DNA from: a virus
Lineage: Duplodnaviria; Heunggongvirae; Uroviricota; Caudoviricetes
DNA length: 40,357 nt
Direction: 5' to 3' (one strand)
IMG/VR virus record: IMGVR_UViG_2740892106_000010
Within the stretch, counting starts at the first letter, position 1, and each line of letters opens with the position of its first letter. Below the pieces are notes generated by a model. It was not told the origin of the DNA. It worked only from the letters and a program-made list of their open reading frames with translations, and did no database searches. Both the position numbers and the translations under genes were made by a program. Below, one piece after another: positions 34,625-40,357 of the stretch.

Positions 34625-34689
34625 ATTACCTGAAAGGTAATATCTATTCATATTCACAGTCTTTCTATCCATATGTGGTTTTTCAGGTA
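34625..34689. promoter_or_regulatory. Divergent regulatory region upstream of the tailspike gene
   Basis: Perfect palindrome TTACCtgaaaGGTAA at 34625..34639 followed about 32 bp later by ATGTGGTTtttcaGGTAA (34672..34689); on the minus strand a TTGCAA -35-like hexamer abuts the palindrome and leads into the LexA box. Confidence 0.5.
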
Positions 34690-34744
34690 ATAGAATAACC
34701 AGATATGCGGCGCAACGGGTGCTGCGACTATCTGGAGATTTAAC

Positions 34745-37207
34745 ATGACGGTCTCAACAGAAGTTGACCACAACGAATACACAGGTAACGGCGTTACGAC
34801 ATCATTTCCGTATACCTTCCGTATTTTCAAAAAATCCGACCTGGTTGTTCAGGTGTCTGACCTTAACGGTAACGTTACAGAACTAGTGCTGGATGCTGGT
34901 TATACGGTAACAGGGGCGGGAACTTATAGTGGCGGTGCAGTGGTTCTTCCGTCGCCGCTTGCTGCTGGCTGGCGAATCACGATAGAGCGTGTGCTTGATG
35001 TGGTGCAGGAGACTGATCTTCGCAATCAGGGAAAATTTTTCCCCGAAGTTCATGAGGATGCATTTGACTACCTGACGATGCTGATCCAGCGATGTTTTGG
35101 GTGGTTCAGACGTGCATTGATGAAACCATCTTTGCTTGCAAAATATTACGATGCAAAGCAAAACAGAATATCTAACCTTGCAGATCCATCATTTGAGCAG
35201 GACGCTGTAAATAATCGCTCAATGCGCAATTATGTCGATGCTGCAATCGCCGGGGTTGTTGGTGGTTTTGGTTGGTTTATTCAGTATGGTTCTGGAGCGG
35301 TATACAGAACACTCCAGGATAAGATGCGTGATGGTGTCAGCATTAAGGATTTTGGAGCTCAAAATGGAATCTTAAATGATAACAAGGAGGCTTTTACAAA
35401 ATCATTACATTCGTTTAGCAGTGTTTTTGTTCCGGAAGGGGTATTCAATACATCTTTAGTTTCTCTTTCACGTTGTGGCTTGTACGGAACAGGTGGGGGA
35501 ACGATAAAACAGTATGACAGAGATGGTAATCATCTGGTTTTTAACATGCCCGATGGTGGCATGCTTAGTACGCTAACAATTATGGGAAATAAATCAGATG
35601 ATAGTGTGCAGGGACACCAGGTGTCATTTTCAGGTGGCCATGATGTATCGGTTAAAAATATCAGATTTACAAATACGCGAGGACCAGGATTTAGCTTGAT
35701 CGCTTATCCGAATAATGGTATTCCGTCAGGTTACATTGTTAGAGATATAAGAGGAGAGTATTTAGGGTTCGCAAATAATAAAAAAGCAGGTTGTGTGCTT
35801 TTTGATTCATCGCAAAACACGCTAATTGATGGTGTGATAGCCAGAAATTATCCTCAGTTTGGTGCAGTGGAACTTAAAACAGCAGCAAAATATAACATTG
35901 TCAGCAATGTTATTGGTGAAGAGTGTCAGCACGTTGTTTACAATGGAACTGAGACGGAAACTGCCCCAACGAATAATATCATTAGCAGTGTAATGGCTAA
36001 CAACCCAAAATACGCCGCAGTAGTTGTTGGCAAGGGGACTGGTAACCTGATTTCGGATGTGCTGGTTGATTACTCTGAATCGGACGCAAAGCAGGCGCAC
36101 GGCGTCACCGTTCAGGGAAATAATAATATTGCCAGTAATATTCTAATGACTGGGTGTGATGGGAAAAATGAATCAGGAGATCTGCAGAAATCTACAACCA
36201 TTCGTTTCTTAAATGCTGCAGGCAGTAATTATGCGTCAATATTCCCCATGTATAGTTCTTCTGGCGTGGTTACCTTCGAGGAAGGGTGTATCAGGAACTT
36301 TGTTGAAATTAAACATCCGGGTGATAGAAATAATATTCTGAGTTCTGCATCAGCGGTGACTGGTATTTCCAGTATAGACGGCACTACAAATAGCAATGTT
36401 GTTCATGTCCCTGCTCTTGGTCAGTACATTGGGACTATGTCAGGGCGTTTTGAATGGTGGGTTAAATATTTTAACCTTGCTAACCAGACGCTTGTTTCTG
36501 CAGATAAATTCAGAATGCTTGCTGAAGGCGATGTATCTCTGGCTGTGGGAGGCGGTATAAGTTCGCAATTGAAATTATTCAATAGTGATAATACTAAAGG
36601 CACTATGTCGCTAATAAATGGAAATATTCGAATATCTACTGGAAATTCAGAATATATACAGTTTTCTGATTCAGCCATGACACCATCGACAACGAATACT
36701 TATTCTCTTGGGTTGGCTGGTCGTGCATGGTCGGGGGGATTTACCCAGTCAGCATTTACGGTGCTGTCCGATGCGCGTTTCAAGACTGCTCCAGAGGTTA
36801 TTGATGAGAAAATACTGGACGCATGGGAAAGAGTGGAATGGGTTTCATACCAGTACCTTGACAGGATCGAAGTGAAAGGTAAAGACGGAGCAAGATGGCA
36901 CTTTGGTGCAGTTGCGCAGCATGTTATCAGTGTATTTCAGAATGAAGGCATAGATGTGTCACGACTGGCATTTATCTGTTATGACAAGTGGAATGAGACC
37001 CCGGCAGAATACAGGGATGTGACGGAAGAAGAGCATTCTGCAGGAGTTTACCCACTTATACAGACAAAGGTTCTGGTACGCGAAGCCGTCGAGGCTGGTG
37101 AATGTTACGGTATCCGTTATGAAGAGGCTCTGATTCTGGAATCTGCGATGATGAGACGCAGGGTTAAAAAGCTGGAAGAGCAAGTTTTGCAATTAACAGG
37201 GAATTGA
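34745..37207 (+). CDS. Tailspike/tail fiber with beta-helix-like central region and C-terminal intramolecular-chaperone-like domain
   Basis: 820-aa ORF; conserved podovirus-type N-terminal adaptor region (YTGNGVTTSFPYTF); Asn/Gly/Ser-rich repetitive middle; C-terminal GARWHFGAVAQHVISVF...RLAF motif like peptidase S74 chaperone domains (recalled). Confidence 0.75.
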   Translation: MTVSTEVDHNEYTGNGVTTSFPYTFRIFKKSDLVVQVSDLNGNVTELVLDAGYTVTGAGTYSGGAVVLPSPLAAGWRITIERVLDVVQETDLRNQGKFFPEVHEDAFDYLTMLIQRCFGWFRRALMKPSLLAKYYDAKQNRISNLADPSFEQDAVNNRSMRNYVDAAIAGVVGGFGWFIQYGSGAVYRTLQDKMRDGVSIKDFGAQNGILNDNKEAFTKSLHSFSSVFVPEGVFNTSLVSLSRCGLYGTGGGTIKQYDRDGNHLVFNMPDGGMLSTLTIMGNKSDDSVQGHQVSFSGGHDVSVKNIRFTNTRGPGFSLIAYPNNGIPSGYIVRDIRGEYLGFANNKKAGCVLFDSSQNTLIDGVIARNYPQFGAVELKTAAKYNIVSNVIGEECQHVVYNGTETETAPTNNIISSVMANNPKYAAVVVGKGTGNLISDVLVDYSESDAKQAHGVTVQGNNNIASNILMTGCDGKNESGDLQKSTTIRFLNAAGSNYASIFPMYSSSGVVTFEEGCIRNFVEIKHPGDRNNILSSASAVTGISSIDGTTNSNVVHVPALGQYIGTMSGRFEWWVKYFNLANQTLVSADKFRMLAEGDVSLAVGGGISSQLKLFNSDNTKGTMSLINGNIRISTGNSEYIQFSDSAMTPSTTNTYSLGLAGRAWSGGFTQSAFTVLSDARFKTAPEVIDEKILDAWERVEWVSYQYLDRIEVKGKDGARWHFGAVAQHVISVFQNEGIDVSRLAFICYDKWNETPAEYRDVTEEEHSAGVYPLIQTKVLVREAVEAGECYGIRYEEALILESAMMRRRVKKLEEQVLQLTGN

Positions 37208-37279
37208 ACCGTAAATGGTGTGTTGTTGCGCGGTATACTTTTCCTGAAGCAGGGTGTTTGCAAATAAACGGGTTTCGTT

Positions 37280-37684
37280 ATGTCATTCCAACTAACCAAT
37301 GAAACTTCAAATCAGTGGCTTAGTGTTAGTTCTCTTGCTGCGGTTATTGCAGGTGTCCCTCCGGAGGTTGCTTTAGGGGCTTTGGCTGGGGCGGTAATTT
37401 TTGTTACCTCTGCAGTAGAGTACCCCATCCGTCGCCGGGTGCTCCTGTCGATGCTCAGCTTTCTTTGCGGCCTTCTCTTTTACAAACCAGCAGCATCAAT
37501 TCTTATCGGCATAGCCAGCCTGATCCCTACCATCACGCAGGACTCTTTTGAAAAAGGGATTGTTTTCTCTGCAGGCGCATTCGTGTCAGCAATTGTCGCC
37601 GTGCGTATTGGCATCTGGCTCTATCACCGTTCCGATAATCCACGCGAGTTAATTCCGGGGAGAAAAGACGATGGTAACGCATGA
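37280..37684 (+). CDS. Holin-like membrane protein
   Basis: 134-aa ORF with 3-4 predicted transmembrane helices and a charged C-terminus; first gene of the lysis cassette. Confidence 0.5.
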   Translation: MSFQLTNETSNQWLSVSSLAAVIAGVPPEVALGALAGAVIFVTSAVEYPIRRRVLLSMLSFLCGLLFYKPAASILIGIASLIPTITQDSFEKGIVFSAGAFVSAIVAVRIGIWLYHRSDNPRELIPGRKDDGNA

Positions 37685-37979
37685 GTTTTTTTTGCTTATC
37701 ACCAATGCAGTTATTTGTACTGGCATAGCAATTCGCGTTGTCACATTCCGGCGTAACGGCTCTCAACATCGAAGATGGGGAGGGTGGCTTGCTTATTTCC
37801 TTATTGTTGCTGCGGCAAGTATTCCTGTTCGTGTCGTCTATGCAATCTGGTTACGCACGCCAATGGCTGTGGATTTATCTGAGGTCATTATCAACGCTGT
37901 CATGCTTGCCGCGGTTATTAAAACACGCGGTAACGTTGTTCATATTTTCAAAATATCGAGGTCTAAACATGGAGATTAA
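37671..37979 (+). CDS. Holin/antiholin-like membrane protein
   Basis: 102-aa ORF with 2-3 predicted transmembrane helices and a basic C-terminal tail; immediately upstream of the endolysin. Confidence 0.45.
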   Translation: MVTHEFFLLITNAVICTGIAIRVVTFRRNGSQHRRWGGWLAYFLIVAAASIPVRVVYAIWLRTPMAVDLSEVIINAVMLAAVIKTRGNVVHIFKISRSKHGD

Positions 37980-38598
37980 ACAATTCCAGCGAGCTGCTGG
38001 TATTAGCGAGGCGCTGGCCGCTCGCTGGTTCTCGCATATAACTTCTGCGATGAAAGAGTTTGGTATCAGCAAACCCGAAGATCAGGCAATGTTTATTGCT
38101 CAGGTCGGGCATGAGTCTGGTGGCTTCAACCGGTTGCAGGAAAATTTCAACTACAGCGTCACCGGACTGGCTAACTTCGTTCGGGCTGGGCGTCTCACCC
38201 AGGGACAGGCTAACGCACTGGGCCGCCGTGCTGGTGAGCCACCATTGCCACTTGAGCGCCAGCGCGCGATCGCAAATCTGGTGTACAGCAAACGCATGGG
38301 TAACAATGCCTCTGGTGATGGCTGGAATTACCGTGGTCGCGGACTTATCCAGATTACCGGTTTGAATAACTATCGTGACTGTGGAAACGGTCTTAAGGTT
38401 GACCTGCTGGAGAGTCCTGAACTGCTGGCGCAGGACGAATACGCGGCTCGTAGCGCGGCGTGGTTCTTTGCCAGCAAAGGATGCATGAAGTATACCGGCG
38501 ATATTGCACGTGTAACTCTGATTATCAATGGTGGCCGGAACGGCATCGACGACCGGCGCGCGCGGTACATCACTGCCAGTAAGGTGCTGGCGGTATGA
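37969..38598 (+). CDS. Endolysin, glycoside hydrolase family 19-like
   Basis: ATG at 37969 with GAGGT RBS (track ORF starts further upstream at 37738); motifs AQVGHESGGF and NYRGRGLIQITG typical of GH19-type phage endolysins (recalled). Confidence 0.8.
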   Translation: MEIKQFQRAAGISEALAARWFSHITSAMKEFGISKPEDQAMFIAQVGHESGGFNRLQENFNYSVTGLANFVRAGRLTQGQANALGRRAGEPPLPLERQRAIANLVYSKRMGNNASGDGWNYRGRGLIQITGLNNYRDCGNGLKVDLLESPELLAQDEYAARSAAWFFASKGCMKYTGDIARVTLIINGGRNGIDDRRARYITASKVLAV

Positions 38599-39092
38599 TC
38601 TGGGCATTCGCAAAAGCATACTGGAAACAGTTGGTTATCATGGCGATGCTTGCTGTTCTGGTCATATCAGGAGTTGTAGCCTGGAATGCACACGGCAGTC
38701 GTCAGTACGACGCCGGGTATGCGCAGGCACAGGAAGATCAGAAACAGGCTGATGATAAGGCCAGGTCACAACGTGATCAGGAGAAAACACAAATTGAACG
38801 TGAAGCACAGTCCCGTATCGATGTGGCGCGTGTTGATGCTGAGCATGCTAATGCCGCTGCTGACAGCCTGCGCGCCGAGCTTGACAAAACCAAGCGACTC
38901 GCCGAACACTATACCGGATCTTTCCCCACTGGCACGCCAGCCAGCAAGGTCATCGGTGTGCTCGCCGACATGCTTGAAGAAAGCAACCGAGTTTACAACG
39001 CAACAGCAGCTGAGGCTGAAAAGTATCGGATTGCAGGAGAATCCTGCGAACAGCAATACGATTCACTGAAGAAGCAAAAATCGTGGCACTGA
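38595..39092 (+). CDS. i-spanin (Rz-like)
   Basis: 165-aa ORF with N-terminal transmembrane helix and charged coiled-coil-like periplasmic domain; start overlaps the endolysin stop. Confidence 0.7.
   Translation: MIWAFAKAYWKQLVIMAMLAVLVISGVVAWNAHGSRQYDAGYAQAQEDQKQADDKARSQRDQEKTQIEREAQSRIDVARVDAEHANAAADSLRAELDKTKRLAEHYTGSFPTGTPASKVIGVLADMLEESNRVYNATAAEAEKYRIAGESCEQQYDSLKKQKSWH
38836..39069 (+). CDS. o-spanin (Rz1-like lipoprotein) embedded in the Rz gene in another frame
   Basis: Within track ORF 38686..39069: MLSMLMPLLTAC lipoprotein signal with lipobox Cys followed by a Pro-rich segment; exact start uncertain (38836, 38845 or 38851). Confidence 0.55.
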   Translation: MLSMLMPLLTACAPSLTKPSDSPNTIPDLSPLARQPARSSVCSPTCLKKATEFTTQQQLRLKSIGLQENPANSNTIH

Positions 39093-39220
39093 TTTCCGGT
39101 GACGGTATATAAAACGGTACGGTGAAAATCATTTGGAAGAAAGTTGTTATCAGTCAATTGTTTATGTGTATCGTAAATAATTGAGTGGGAATGATTTGAC
39201 CCTGCACTATGAATGAACAA

Positions 39221-39250
39221 AACCCTCTGTTACTACAGAGGGTTTTTTAT
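39221..39250. terminator. Strong hairpin terminator, potentially bidirectional
   Basis: 9-bp perfect stem AACCCTCTG-ttacta-CAGAGGGTT followed by TTTTTTAT on the plus strand and flanked by an A-run on the other side. Confidence 0.65.
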
Positions 39251-39286
39251 CCTAAAGAATTATAGGTTTGAAGTTACTAACATCGT

Positions 39287-39826
39287 TTAGTTAAACCAGC
39301 TATCTGATTTATTCTCTTCTGCTTTACCCACGCTTTTCATCAGATCGCGACCGCCTTCAGTCATATTTCTGTTTGCGTCAGCTTCAGATTGCACCACATC
39401 GGTTTGCGCAGCTTTGTGCTTCAGTTCCTGATCGATAAATTCGTTTTCGCGCTTAACGCGGGCTTCTTCTTTCGCCAGCGCCAGTTTTTGTTTCTGAATC
39501 TCTAAGCTACGTAGCTCATCTTCATAACTTTGATCGCGTTTTTTGTCCGCAGTGGCTTCGGCGTCCAGTTTATCCTGACGAGCTTTCTTATTCGCTGCTG
39601 CCGTTGCCGCTCTTTTATTAGCCGCGGCCTGGGCGTTTGCGCGACGTTGCTTCTCTTGCTGGATTTCCCTGTTGCGCTCCGCGACCCATTCGTCATGCTG
39701 CCTTTGCTCTTCATTTTTACCTTGCTGTTCCGCTTCTGCGACAGCCGAGAGTTGATCCTGCAATGATGAGGCGATAGCCGGATAGCTTAAGGAGGCTAAG
39801 ATGGCGCAAAGAAAAACTTTCTTCAT
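39287..39826 (-). CDS. Periplasmic coiled-coil protein with signal peptide (probably host or cargo)
   Basis: 179-aa ORF; N-terminal signal peptide MKKVFLCAILASLSYPAIA; Lys/Glu/Ala/Gln-rich helical remainder. Confidence 0.55.
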   Translation of the reverse strand: MKKVFLCAILASLSYPAIASSLQDQLSAVAEAEQQGKNEEQRQHDEWVAERNREIQQEKQRRANAQAAANKRAATAAANKKARQDKLDAEATADKKRDQSYEDELRSLEIQKQKLALAKEEARVKRENEFIDQELKHKAAQTDVVQSEADANRNMTEGGRDLMKSVGKAEENKSDSWFN

Positions 39827-39841
39827 GACTCCTCCTGATTA

Positions 39842-40357
39842 TTAGCTCTTTTCAGGACATTTGGTATTTGGCTGAATACGCGTTTCGTTATACGTCGTGG
39901 TAATAACAACGGCTAAACCTGTCGTAAACTGGCACTCTTTACCCACTTGGGTGGAGGTATACACTTTGGTGCCTTCCTTATATGTTAAAGAAACACCTTC
40001 CACTAAGGTTTTATCATTCACCATAGAACCCGCTGCCGCGCCTACAGCTCCGCCGCCAACTGCACCTGCCGTCGTTCCGGAATTGCTGCCAGACCCGACG
40101 TTGTGGCCGATAACACCGCCAGCGACAGCGCCAATAAGCGCGCCGAAGGCTTGTGCGTTCCGTTTATTTTGGGCGTTGTCTACGGCAACTTTTGCGGGAA
40201 GAATGGAAATAATATTAACGGTTTTAGTTTCTTGTTTGGTATTCAGTTGATCGGTTTGATAAACATCGGCGGCATGATCATCAGCATTTGACTGGCATCC
40301 TGCCAGAGTGAATGACGCTAACATTGCCACAGGCAGAAGACATTTTTTAAATTTCAT
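39842..40357 (-). CDS. Lipoprotein with glycine-zipper motif (probably host or cargo)
   Basis: 171-aa ORF starting at the last base of the window; lipobox LAGC; Gly-rich GAxxGxxxG segment as in small outer-membrane lipoproteins. Confidence 0.6.
   Translation of the reverse strand: MKFKKCLLPVAMLASFTLAGCQSNADDHAADVYQTDQLNTKQETKTVNIISILPAKVAVDNAQNKRNAQAFGALIGAVAGGVIGHNVGSGSNSGTTAGAVGGGAVGAAAGSMVNDKTLVEGVSLTYKEGTKVYTSTQVGKECQFTTGLAVVITTTYNETRIQPNTKCPEKS

Noticed and set aside
1-40357. CRISPR arrays, insertion sequences or transposase genes
   Set aside because: No regularly spaced direct repeats, terminal inverted repeats with target duplications, or transposase-like ORFs were seen. The only recombinase is the integrase.

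Overview
This 40.4-kb window reads as one nearly complete temperate prophage of an enterobacterial host, followed by two probable host or cargo genes at the right edge. All calls are from reading the sequence and ORF track by eye; no database search was run. Left to right: a tyrosine integrase starting at window position 1 (attL must lie outside the window); a leftward early operon (MT-A70 adenine methyltransferase, AlpA/Xis-like protein, RecT/Bet-like annealing protein, RecE-type exonuclease); an immunity region with a two-HTH repressor lacking an autocleavage domain, divergent from a cro-like gene; lambda O-like and P-like replication genes with iteron-like repeats inside the O-like gene; a run of small genes; terminase small and large subunits; a tRNA-Arg(UCU); a podovirus-like virion module (gp6.7-like protein, portal, scaffold, capsid, tail tubular A/B-like, internal virion proteins including one with a lytic transglycosylase domain); an AT-rich moron island on the opposite strand; a tailspike; and a lysis cassette (two holin-like proteins, GH19-like endolysin, Rz with embedded Rz1). 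The most striking signal is a 15-bp palindrome TTACC-N5-GGTAA with at least 10 perfect copies, all intergenic, placed against the -10 elements of early promoters and also ahead of the terminase, portal and tailspike operons. Together with a near-consensus LexA box in front of a small gene paralogous to the C-terminal domain of an Ant-like protein, this suggests a genome-wide operator network run by a non-cleavable repressor and induced through an SOS-controlled antirepressor. Coordinates of short motifs may be off by 1-2 bp.
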